Made by a program: the position numbers and the translations under genes
Part shown: piece after piece, positions 8,214 through 14,898 of the stretch
Position numbering within the stretch: position 1 is the first letter of the stretch
Layout of the letters: every line of letters starts with the position of its first letter
Notes under the pieces: generated by a model
Databases searched by the model: none
Seen by the model: only the letters and a program-made list of their open reading frames with translations
Told to the model about the DNA's origin: nothing
Origin: a virus
Taxonomy: Duplodnaviria; Heunggongvirae; Uroviricota; Caudoviricetes
IMG/VR virus record: IMGVR_UViG_3300049044_000094
Reading direction: 5' to 3' (one strand)
DNA: 18,831 bases

Positions 8214-8375
8214 CTATTCCTCCTGCTTATCACCTTTCAGCTTACAATCTCCCACCGCGCGGGGCGCTGGTCGGCCTTGGAAACAGCACCAATGTTCGTA
8301 GCGCGTGCCGACCTTGCCGGCATGATATTTGGTGCAGCGCTTGCAATGCTTGGGCTTTGCCGTGGTCGGTTTCAT
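8214..8375 (-). CDS. Small Cys-rich basic protein (53 aa)
   Basis: Manual translation MKPTTAKPKHCKRCTKYHAGKVGTRYEHWCCFQGRPAPRAVGDCKLKGDKQEE; fills the gap exactly. Confidence 0.65.
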   Translation of the reverse strand: MKPTTAKPKHCKRCTKYHAGKVGTRYEHWCCFQGRPAPRAVGDCKLKGDKQEE

Positions 8376-8376
8376 A

Positions 8377-8712
8377 TCAACCGGTGCGGACGTAGGCGGT
8401 GCATACGCTGCGCGTGGTCGGCACCATCGTGGTGGTCTTTCCGGACGTGATCGGCATCATGGTCGTTTCCGTGCGTGTGGCGGAGCAGGCCCACTCGCCC
8501 TTCTTGAGCGTGGCGAGGTCGGGCGAGGCGATGTCCTGCGCAATGGCCCAGGGCAGGAGAGCGACAAAGATCGCAATCGGGAAGCCGATGAGCGCTGCCA
8601 GAATGCCTGGCACCCACTCTCCTTCCGCGATCAAGAAGGCTGCTGCCCATATGGCGAGGGCTACCCACCCGATGCTCCACATCACGCCGAGGATGGTGAA
8701 AAAGGTGGTCAT
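8377..8712 (-). CDS. Membrane protein, two hydrophobic segments plus a Thr-rich tail (111 aa)
   Basis: Start re-called at ATG 8712 (AAGGA SD, ATGA overlap); two hydrophobic stretches, then C-x-TTMMP-x-GKTTTMVP-x-C. Confidence 0.8.
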   Translation of the reverse strand: MTTFFTILGVMWSIGWVALAIWAAAFLIAEGEWVPGILAALIGFPIAIFVALLPWAIAQDIASPDLATLKKGEWACSATRTETTMMPITSGKTTTMVPTTRSVCTAYVRTG

Positions 8713-9203
8713 GAGAATTCCTTCACCTCGTCGACCAAGCCACTGTTCTTCCACCACGGGAAAGACTGACCAAGATCCTGGTGCATCTTGGTGATGACGT
8801 CGACGGGGACGCGGTGCTCCTCGGGGCGGGTCTCGTTGCGCTCGATGAGCGCATCGAGAGGTGTGGGAAACAGCGCCACGATCACCTTGGCACCGTACTT
8901 CTGGGCGAGAGTGTGGAAGCGCTTGACTGCGTCCCAATAGATGTTGGTGTCAGAGATGATGATCGTGTTGTGCAGCCGCTCCTGTAGCGAAGCGGACATG
9001 CAAGAGAACATCGTGCTCCCGACCATGAAGGACAGGCGGCGGTCCTTGGCGACGGCATCGTGGTAGCTGCGGCGAGAGCCAAAAATTGCCTCGCGGAAGC
9101 GATCACGTTCCAGGCGGAGCACGTCGGGGCCGGCCAGTGCCTCGGCGTAGGTGCTCTTGCCGGCGCCTGGAGGGCCGACGGTGAAGATGATGGTGGGCTT
9201 CAT
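8709..9203 (-). CDS. Polynucleotide-kinase-type P-loop kinase (AAA_33-like), kinase domain only
   Basis: IIFTVGPPGAGKST Walker A, ERDRFREAIFG, IISDTN, LIERNETR; T4 Pnk kinase-domain layout with no HAD phosphatase. Confidence 0.85.
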   Translation of the reverse strand: MKPTIIFTVGPPGAGKSTYAEALAGPDVLRLERDRFREAIFGSRRSYHDAVAKDRRLSFMVGSTMFSCMSASLQERLHNTIIISDTNIYWDAVKRFHTLAQKYGAKVIVALFPTPLDALIERNETRPEEHRVPVDVITKMHQDLGQSFPWWKNSGLVDEVKEFS

Positions 9204-9377
9204 TCAGATTCCCAGAGCTTGATGGAGACGTTCAGGCCGCGGCAGGACGCTGTAGCCCTGCTCCTGCCAGTAGGTGCGGCTGTCGGTGGCGATCTCGGTG
9301 TCGAGTTCGCGGATGAGGGTGGCGTAGCGGTTGCGCCGGAGGATCTTGGCGCGGAGTTGGCGGGCGGTGGATGTCAT
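9204..9377 (-). CDS. Small hypothetical protein (57 aa)
   Basis: Manual translation MTSTARQLRAKILRRNRYATLIRELDTEIATDSRTYWQEQGYSVLPRPERLHQALGI; stop abuts the next ATG. Confidence 0.7.
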   Translation of the reverse strand: MTSTARQLRAKILRRNRYATLIRELDTEIATDSRTYWQEQGYSVLPRPERLHQALGI

Positions 9378-9379
9378 GT

Positions 9380-9901
9380 TCAGTATCCGATATGGCGACG
9401 CACGGCTTCCGGCGAACGCCAGATCTGTGGGTCCACCTTGTGGATCAGATGATTGTAGACGATGTGGATCATCGACACGGCGATATGATCACCGTATCCA
9501 ATCGCAGCGACTGCATTATTCTCGAGGAGTGCCCGATAGAAATAACCTGGGTCGAGACGATGCTCGACATAGCGCTCGATTGGGCCCACCGCCATTGGGG
9601 GCAGCGTCTTGTGCGAAAACATTGTCAGCAGCGCCTGCTGATGCTCGATCCGGGCCTGATCGACAGGCAGGAAGTGGGTAGGTTCGAAAACGCCCGTGTC
9701 GGTGTCGAATGAACCCTTCCAAGGGCCACGATCTGTTTGAGCCAGTGCTGTTGGTGGGGCTCCCCCGATCCATGCCATGATCCGCACAGAGGAACGAATG
9801 TCGGACCTTATGCGATCGACATAGGTCGCCTTTTTGTCGTCGTCAGGCCCGAACTGCTTGTCGATGTATTGGTCAAGGGTGAGGATGTCATTTTCGGTCA
9901 T
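9380..9901 (-). CDS. Hypothetical protein (173 aa)
   Basis: Start re-called at ATG 9901 (ATGA overlap); C-terminal RYVEHRLDPGYFYRALLENN...WRSPEAV resembles a common uncharacterised phage domain (from memory). Confidence 0.8.
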   Translation of the reverse strand: MTENDILTLDQYIDKQFGPDDDKKATYVDRIRSDIRSSVRIMAWIGGAPPTALAQTDRGPWKGSFDTDTGVFEPTHFLPVDQARIEHQQALLTMFSHKTLPPMAVGPIERYVEHRLDPGYFYRALLENNAVAAIGYGDHIAVSMIHIVYNHLIHKVDPQIWRSPEAVRRHIGY

Positions 9902-10089
9902 GAAAGTGCTCCCGCTAACCTTGCCCATTCCTCGGGCGTGTTGTTCCAGGCGTGGATTTCGAGGGCACGGACCATGTTGCGGACGACCTTGCGGCTGCCG
10001 TAGAAGCCCGCGCGGACCTTGGCGGCTTCGGCGGCGATCATGCCGTCGGTGGCGCCGGCGGCGATGGCGCGGGAGTAGGCGCTGCTCAT
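9898..10089 (-). CDS. Hypothetical protein (63 aa)
   Basis: Start re-called at ATG 10089; ATGA overlaps on both sides. Confidence 0.7.
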   Translation of the reverse strand: MSSAYSRAIAAGATDGMIAAEAAKVRAGFYGSRKVVRNMVRALEIHAWNNTPEEWARLAGALS

Positions 10090-10247
10090 CGTTCCCAGAT
10101 CTCCACCCGGACACGGAACTCGAGCCCGTCGTGGCACACGACGAACAAGCGGCCGTCCTCGGCGTCACCGTCGGCGACGAAGTCCACGCGGTCGATCAGG
10201 TCGAGGGCGTCGCGGACGAGGAGGGCGGCGTCAGTCTTCGAGGTCAT
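10086..10247 (-). CDS. Small hypothetical protein (53 aa)
   Basis: Manual translation MTSKTDAALLVRDALDLIDRVDFVADGDAEDGRLFVVCHDGLEFRVRVEIWER; GAGGA SD. Confidence 0.7.
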   Translation of the reverse strand: MTSKTDAALLVRDALDLIDRVDFVADGDAEDGRLFVVCHDGLEFRVRVEIWER

Positions 10248-10401
10248 CGTTGACGTCCTCGTTGAGCATAAATGCTACCCAGTCCCAGTATCCGAGACGA
10301 GTATGATCGTTTTCGATTTCATACTTCCAATCACTGATGGAGTGGTCCGGGTGTTCTCCCCAATATTCAAATTTCTTCAGGAGTGTGGCGGCGTCAGTCA
10401 T
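10231..10401 (-). CDS. Small hypothetical protein (56 aa; alternative start 10422)
   Basis: WGEHPDHSISDWKYEIENDHTRLGYWDWV aromatic-rich motif; 8-nt overlap with the upstream gene. Confidence 0.75.
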   Translation of the reverse strand: MTDAATLLKKFEYWGEHPDHSISDWKYEIENDHTRLGYWDWVAFMLNEDVNDDLED

Positions 10402-10585
10402 CTTCGTTCCAGCCGTAGTCATATCGGACTCCCTCAGCGGCCCTGCAGGCGAAGCGCTCGCCTTCATCGATCAGGTTGAAAATCACGTCGCGGTCGGCCC
10501 CGTTGAGGATGAGGGTGATGGCTTCGTCGAGCTTGGCGCGGGCGGTGGTGATGCGGCCGAGGGCCTTGAGCTGGGCATCGTTCAT
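10394..10585 (-). CDS. Hypothetical helical protein (63 aa)
   Basis: ORF track; fits operon packing. Confidence 0.7.
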   Translation of the reverse strand: MNDAQLKALGRITTARAKLDEAITLILNGADRDVIFNLIDEGERFACRAAEGVRYDYGWNEDD

Positions 10586-10600
10586 GGTACGTTCTCACTC

Positions 10601-10777
10601 ATGATTCGGGTTTGGTGCTTCCGCTGCGGCCGCGGCTCAGAGGTCGAGCGGGTGGCTCGGTACTGGTGCCGGTCGTGCGGAATGCGGGATCAGGTGCGGT
10701 TGCTACCGATGTCGGTGGATCCGGAGCGTATCGCGGTGCGGTGGTTCTTCGCGGCTAGGGCTGCGAGGAAGCGTTAG
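10601..10777 (+). CDS. Possible zinc-ribbon protein on the opposite strand (58 aa)
   Basis: MIRVWCFRCGRGSEVERVARYWCRSCGMRDQ...; two CxxC pairs; fills the only large gap in the minus-strand array; no SD seen. Confidence 0.4.
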   Translation: MIRVWCFRCGRGSEVERVARYWCRSCGMRDQVRLLPMSVDPERIAVRWFFAARAARKR

Positions 10778-11001
10778 CGCTTCAGCACCTTGTACTGGGC
10801 TTGGTAATAGGCAGTGTTGTCGCAGGCTTCGACGACCTCGTCCCAGTCGTTGTACTGGGTGGCTCGGGGGCCGGGCGGCACCGTGCGCAGGCACTCCAGG
10901 AAGATCTTCTGGCGGAGGGGCTGGTTGGTCTCCCAGACTTCTTTGGGCTGCTCGGTACAGGCCGCGGCGAGCAAGAGTATCAGCGGGAAGAGCTTAGACA
11001 T
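10774..11001 (-). CDS. Small predicted lipoprotein (75 aa)
   Basis: MSK + hydrophobic LFPLILLLAAA + C lipobox-like signal; C...YNDWDEVVEAC mature domain. Confidence 0.75.
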   Translation of the reverse strand: MSKLFPLILLLAAACTEQPKEVWETNQPLRQKIFLECLRTVPPGPRATQYNDWDEVVEACDNTAYYQAQYKVLKR

Positions 11002-11371
11002 CGCGATGGATCACGGTGTCGATGAGGGTGTCGCCTTCGAAGATGTGCTCAATGATCACCACAGGCACGCCCGGATAGAAAATCCGCCGCTGCTCCCCAA
11101 CCGCCCGCATGGTCATGCACGTCGAGCCAAAGCTCCGATTGGCGGGGAACAAGAGCTGGTAGCGGCTGACGCGCTCGGGGGCGTTGATGATGTTCCAGCC
11201 GGTGGTTGGCCAAGTGGTGGTGCCATCCGGGCGACGTAGCACTACGCATTCATGGTCTCCTTCAAGCACAGCCACCGCGATGGTGTGGTCGGTGTTGGAG
11301 CGTATGTCGGTGGCAAGGACGCGGGCGGGGCGGCCGTCGGCGGTCTGGATGGGTTTGGTCCAGTCGATCAT
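10994..11371 (-). CDS. Hypothetical protein (125 aa)
   Basis: Start re-called at ATG 11371 (MIDWTKPIQTADGRPARVLATD...); ATGA overlap. Confidence 0.8.
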   Translation of the reverse strand: MIDWTKPIQTADGRPARVLATDIRSNTDHTIAVAVLEGDHECVVLRRPDGTTTWPTTGWNIINAPERVSRYQLLFPANRSFGSTCMTMRAVGEQRRIFYPGVPVVIIEHIFEGDTLIDTVIHRDV

Positions 11372-11601
11372 GATGCGAGAACCTGTTTGACGCTGTGAAC
11401 AGCGGCGAGAAAGACCCAAGCGCCGACCACGGTGTGGAGTGGGTGTTCGGTGGCGCTGAGGGCGTGGTAGACGCCCTGGAGCCACTCGAAGTGGGCGGTC
11501 TTGGTGGACTTGTGGTTGGGGTTGCGGCCCAGGGCCTTGTCGCGGGCGGCGAGCGCGTCGTGGAGGTGGGCGCGGAGTTCGTTAGGCGTGGAGGGCAGCA
11601 T
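11368..11601 (-). CDS. Hypothetical protein (77 aa)
   Basis: Start re-called at ATG 11601 (MLPSTPNELRAHL...). Confidence 0.65.
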   Translation of the reverse strand: MLPSTPNELRAHLHDALAARDKALGRNPNHKSTKTAHFEWLQGVYHALSATEHPLHTVVGAWVFLAAVHSVKQVLAS

Positions 11602-11950
11602 GGCGATCCCGGAGATCCTTGAGGACGGGGAGAACCTCGTCGACCGACTTGGCGCCGTCGTTGACCATCCAGATGTGGTCGGTGTCGCCGATCCCGAGCG
11701 GTTCGAGAATCTCATCACCGACGATATCATGGGCGATGTCGACCCGGTGTTCGCCCAGTTCGTAGGCCAGACGGCCGATGGCGCAGAAGCAGTCTGCTTG
11801 AGCGAGGTTGTGAACATAGATCACGGCGCGTGCTTTGCCGGTTTCAAGGCGGCGGCCAATGCCTCCCAGTTCGACTTGGATCCAGGCGTTGGGGTTGGCG
11901 GTGAAGAAAGCGATGGTGCGGTCGAGGGCTTCGATGGCGGCGGTGGTCAT
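11582..11950 (-). CDS. CFC/ND-motif protein (DUF6197-like), paralogue 4
   Basis: PNAWIQ...ADCFCAIGRL...IWMVND; closest in motif to 6785-7156. Confidence 0.75.
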   Translation of the reverse strand: MTTAAIEALDRTIAFFTANPNAWIQVELGGIGRRLETGKARAVIYVHNLAQADCFCAIGRLAYELGEHRVDIAHDIVGDEILEPLGIGDTDHIWMVNDGAKSVDEVLPVLKDLRDRHAALHA

Positions 11951-12360
11951 GCGTCGAGCACCTTGTCGTCGAGGTTGTAGTGGGCGGCCAGGAGGCGCAT
12001 GCGGGCTTTCCAGTTGGACAGCCAGGCGGTGCCTTCGTAGGCGGGGTTTGCGAACACGAGGTGTTCCGGGAGGTCGTGGTTGCCAGCCATCATCTGGCCG
12101 CCGTCGTGGGCCGATTGGATGTGATCCATGAAGTCCGGTCCAACGTCGTCCATGATGGCGAGCAAGGTCGGCGAGTTGATGTCGCTGGCTCGGTGGCGCT
12201 CCATTGTGTCGTTGTACTCATTGTCGGGGATGAGGTGGCCGGCGGCGCATTTGGATCCGTCCGCGGCGCGGTAGAGGCAGGTGCCCGAGAGTGTCATTGA
12301 GGGCTTGCCCTGCTTGAGGAGGGCGACCGCGACGGTGTCGAAGACTTCTTGGCGGGTCAT
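11947..12360 (-). CDS. Hypothetical phage protein with CLYR/KCAAG motifs (137 aa)
   Basis: QEVFDTV..LLKQG.PS...CLYRAADGSKCAAGHLIPD..Y...IQSAHD pattern; ATGA overlaps. Confidence 0.8.
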   Translation of the reverse strand: MTRQEVFDTVAVALLKQGKPSMTLSGTCLYRAADGSKCAAGHLIPDNEYNDTMERHRASDINSPTLLAIMDDVGPDFMDHIQSAHDGGQMMAGNHDLPEHLVFANPAYEGTAWLSNWKARMRLLAAHYNLDDKVLDA

Positions 12361-12674
12361 TGTGCAGCGGCCTTTTTGAAGACGTCGATGACGTCGTCGA
12401 AGGTGCGTCCCGGGGCATCATTCCATTTGGCGATGGTGAGGGCACCGGTGGCGCGAACGACGGCGGCATAGGCTTCGCTTATGGCCTCGTCCGAAGCGTT
12501 GAGATTGCGACCAGCGCGCTCGACGGCTCCCAGGCTGCAGAAGCAAATGGCGTCGGCGTCGGCGTGATAGACGTGCTCGCCTTGGCTGTTGCGGGCCCAG
12601 GCGTTCTGCGTCCACTTGGATGGATCGGTGAGGATGTCGGTGACGACGTGGTTGAGGATGGCGTTGGCGTTCAT
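12357..12674 (-). CDS. CFC/ND-motif protein (DUF6197-like), paralogue 3
   Basis: PSKWTQNAWARNSQG...ICFCSLGA...KWNDAPGRTFDDVI. Confidence 0.85.
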   Translation of the reverse strand: MNANAILNHVVTDILTDPSKWTQNAWARNSQGEHVYHADADAICFCSLGAVERAGRNLNASDEAISEAYAAVVRATGALTIAKWNDAPGRTFDDVIDVFKKAAAQ

Positions 12675-12880
12675 GGGTTGAGCATCCTGATGACCTTCAG
12701 CGAGGCGAACGGAACGAGGTCGCGGTGCACGCCGTGAGGGTGGAGGGTGACTTCGATGTGGTCGGGGCCGACGCTCTTGAGGATGGCTTCCTCGGACGTG
12801 ATGTCACCCGGGAAGAAGAGTTCGACGTGGCCGCCGCTGTTGGCGTGGCGCGTGAGGCGTTGGCGGAGGCACTCAGGCAT
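12671..12880 (-). CDS. Small protein, possible Sm/LSm-like beta fold (69 aa)
   Basis: Start re-called at ATG 12880 (AAGG SD); VELFFPG...ILKSVGPDHIEV...LVPFASLKVI strand pattern. Confidence 0.65.
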   Translation of the reverse strand: MPECLRQRLTRHANSGGHVELFFPGDITSEEAILKSVGPDHIEVTLHPHGVHRDLVPFASLKVIRMLNP

Positions 12881-13181
12881 CGGCGGCAGCCTTCTTGAGC
12901 GCGGTGATGACCTGGGCGTGGGTGCGGTCGGGGTGGTCATTCCACTCGGCAACGCTATAACCGACCAAGCGGTTTAGCTTCTCGCGAGCGGCGTAATAGG
13001 CCTCGTCGAGCTTGTAGCCGGTCAGGTCATGGGTGGCCCTTTGAAGGGCGCCGAGGGCGCAGAAGCACAAAGCCCCTGAGCGGTCGTCCGCGACGCGGGT
13101 GTAGTCGCCCTGGGTCCACTTCTCTGGCGAGGAGAGGACGACGTCGGCGGCGTAGTTGAGGATGTCAGCGGGCGTTGGCAT
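12873..13181 (-). CDS. CFC/ND-motif protein (DUF6197-like), paralogue 2
   Basis: PEKWTQG...LCFCALGA...EWNDHPDRTHAQVI. Confidence 0.85.
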   Translation of the reverse strand: MPTPADILNYAADVVLSSPEKWTQGDYTRVADDRSGALCFCALGALQRATHDLTGYKLDEAYYAAREKLNRLVGYSVAEWNDHPDRTHAQVITALKKAAADA

Positions 13182-13503
13182 TGGTGATTTCCATTGCGTC
13201 GTCCATTAGGGCGAGGATGTCGGCGTGGGTGGTGTTGGGGTCGTCGTTGAAGGTGATGTAGCCGTCGCGGTAGTGCCTGCGGCTGATCGCTTCTCGAACA
13301 GCGTTGACAGAGCGTCTGTAGGAGGTGGGGTCGTTGGTGGTGACGCGCATCAAAGCCCCGTCCAGGCAGAAGCATACGGCGTCCTTGGAGACATATAAGG
13401 TGCATTTACCCTTGGCGTTGCGGGCGAATTCGCCCTTGGTCCAGCGGGAAGGGTCGGCGAGCAGGTCGCGGACCTGCTTGAGGGTGTGGGTGGTGTCGGT
13501 CAT
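13165..13503 (-). CDS. CFC/ND-motif protein (DUF6197-like), paralogue 1
   Basis: Start re-called at ATG 13503 (GAGG SD); PSRWTKGEFARNAKG...VCFCLDGA...TFNDDPNTTHADIL. Confidence 0.85.
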   Translation of the reverse strand: MTDTTHTLKQVRDLLADPSRWTKGEFARNAKGKCTLYVSKDAVCFCLDGALMRVTTNDPTSYRRSVNAVREAISRRHYRDGYITFNDDPNTTHADILALMDDAMEITNANAR

Positions 13504-13763
13504 GCGAACCTCTTGATGGTGATGCCCTCGCCGTCCGGGTGGCGCGAGACGTCGAAAATGGCGCTGTGGTATGTCCGGAGGTGTTGAGCGCGGGTCGAGA
13601 TGACCTGGAAGTGCTCCTGAGCACTCAAGGTCGGTGGATGACTGAAAGTCCGGGTCTCGCCGAGTTTTAGACTTAGCCAATCGCGGGTTGCGCCGAGGTG
13701 GCTCGTTTTCTTGCCGAGCGGTGCTTTAGTGTGCGACCGGTGAGTTGTGGAATCGCAGGTCAT
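13500..13763 (-). CDS. Small basic hypothetical protein, first gene of the long array (87 aa)
   Basis: ATG 13763 preferred over the TTG at 13811, which lies inside the repeat arm; ATGA overlap with the next gene. Confidence 0.65.
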   Translation of the reverse strand: MTCDSTTHRSHTKAPLGKKTSHLGATRDWLSLKLGETRTFSHPPTLSAQEHFQVISTRAQHLRTYHSAIFDVSRHPDGEGITIKRFA

Positions 13764-13788
13764 GAATCTAGCCCTAAAGATGTAGTCG

Positions 13789-13850
13789 GGTTGGGAGTTA
13801 GGCGTGGCCAACTCCTTTTATTTGAGAAAAAACTGCATTTGACCTGGTCA
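13789..13850. repeat. Left arm of 62-bp inverted repeat
   Basis: Reverse complement of 13983-14044 at 61/62 positions; the only mismatch is 13845/13988. Confidence 0.97.
13794..13823 (+). terminator. Terminator-like hairpin plus T-run in the left arm, facing inward
   Basis: GGAGTT-A-GGC-GTG-GCC-AACTCC followed by TTTTATTT. Confidence 0.4.
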
Positions 13851-13982
13851 AATACCCTATATAAATACTTTTTCTTCTTCTTCTTTAAGCCGGATGAATG
13901 GAATATATAGAGGATTGACGGTCTTGAGATTGTAATTTTATTACTCGCCCAAAAATGCCCAAGAATTAGGCAGATTTGAATA
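13851..13982. other. AT-rich 132-bp core between the arms (candidate origin / promoter region)
   Basis: 43 G+C in 132 nt (about 33%) by manual count, far below the GC-rich genes; contains a TTC-repeat pyrimidine run and A/T tracts; non-coding. Confidence 0.6.
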
Positions 13983-14044
13983 TGACCTGGTCAAATGCAG
14001 TTTTTTCTCAAATAAAAGGAGTTGGCCACGCCTAACTCCCAACC
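13983..14044. repeat. Right arm of 62-bp inverted repeat
   Basis: See left arm; overlaps the TAG stop of 14032-14541. Confidence 0.97.
14010..14039 (-). terminator. Probable intrinsic terminator of the orphan cassette
   Basis: Same bulged hairpin plus UUUUAUUU on the minus strand, overlapping the stop of the last cassette gene. Confidence 0.55.
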
Positions 14045-14541
14045 ACTGGCAGTTCCAAGCCCGTCAACGGATCGAACCGGCGCTCCGACCACCACTTGGT
14101 CACCCGCTCCGACGTGGTCCGGAAGCGTTTGGCGATCTCGGCGGCTGTCATCCCACCATCTCGCAGTCCCTGCAGCGCCAGCGTCGTCCACAGCGGCACT
14201 GAGCCACCATAACCACGCTTGGTCTCAAGGAGCGCCTGGAGATAGTCGAGACCATCCTCCATGGTGATGCTCTCGGCGTTGGCGCGGGCGGCCCTTTGGA
14301 CCGATGGATCGTCGGCCCAGTAGGCTATGAGCTTAGGCACGACATGGTCCCGCATCGTCCAGTTCCAGGCGAACGCCCAACAATGGTGATCATAGGCGAA
14401 GCCGGGAGTGGCGAGCACGACGGCCAACTCCCAGCTCTCGGCCTTCTCGAGCCAGTTCGGCTCGAAATTGCACCAGACGCGCAGGAACTTCTGGCTGTCG
14501 TAGCGCGTCTGGCCCTTGAGCAGGTCCATGTCGTACAACAT
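14032..14541 (-). CDS. Trp-rich protein with probable C-terminal helix-turn-helix (169 aa)
   Basis: LQGLRDGGMTAAEIAKRFRTTSERVTKWW has HTH spacing; TGATG coupling to the upstream gene. Confidence 0.75.
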   Translation of the reverse strand: MLYDMDLLKGQTRYDSQKFLRVWCNFEPNWLEKAESWELAVVLATPGFAYDHHCWAFAWNWTMRDHVVPKLIAYWADDPSVQRAARANAESITMEDGLDYLQALLETKRGYGGSVPLWTTLALQGLRDGGMTAAEIAKRFRTTSERVTKWWSERRFDPLTGLELPVVGS

Positions 14542-14792
14542 CAGCGACGGACGGTATGGGGCAACACGAAGTCCACAACCTCGCGGTCGACCTGGATGTC
14601 GAGCGAACGATGGCGCCCGAGACGGCGGACGAGATCATTGAGGAACAGGTGCGGATGGCGGGATGCCTCGACCACATCGACAAGACGGTTGTGGGCGCGG
14701 TCAGCATCGTGGTCGTTGCCGGCGCGGCGCTCGCGCAACTCGGTGTTGGCGATGTGGACGGCACCGGCAAGACGATCTTGTTCGAGGATCAT
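14541..14792 (-). CDS. Hypothetical protein (83 aa; alternative GTG start 14813)
   Basis: ATG 14792 with GGGAG SD; TGATG overlap with the HTH gene. Confidence 0.7.
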   Translation of the reverse strand: MILEQDRLAGAVHIANTELRERRAGNDHDADRAHNRLVDVVEASRHPHLFLNDLVRRLGRHRSLDIQVDREVVDFVLPHTVRR

Positions 14793-14898
14793 GGCAATAT
14801 ACTCCCGTGGCACGAATCTCGTGCGAATTGAACAACTTGGTAATTCTGTGTGGCCCGACCTTGATGTCAGAGCCGGTTGGGAATGTCTCGGCTAACGG

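Noticed and set aside
11581-11591. GTTAGGCGTGG, an 11-bp match to the repeat arm
   Set aside because: Short, coding and without flanking similarity.
13851-13982. Specific sigma70 promoters in the AT-rich core (for example TTGACG at about 13915)
   Set aside because: No -35/-10 pair with both good spacing and a good -10 box; left unassigned.
14022-14267. Two ORFs that both begin MATPNSQP (13500-13811 and 14022-14267)
   Set aside because: The shared start is a by-product of the 62-bp repeat; the AAGGAG abuts the TTG with zero spacing, and the plus-strand ORF is antisense to the HTH gene.
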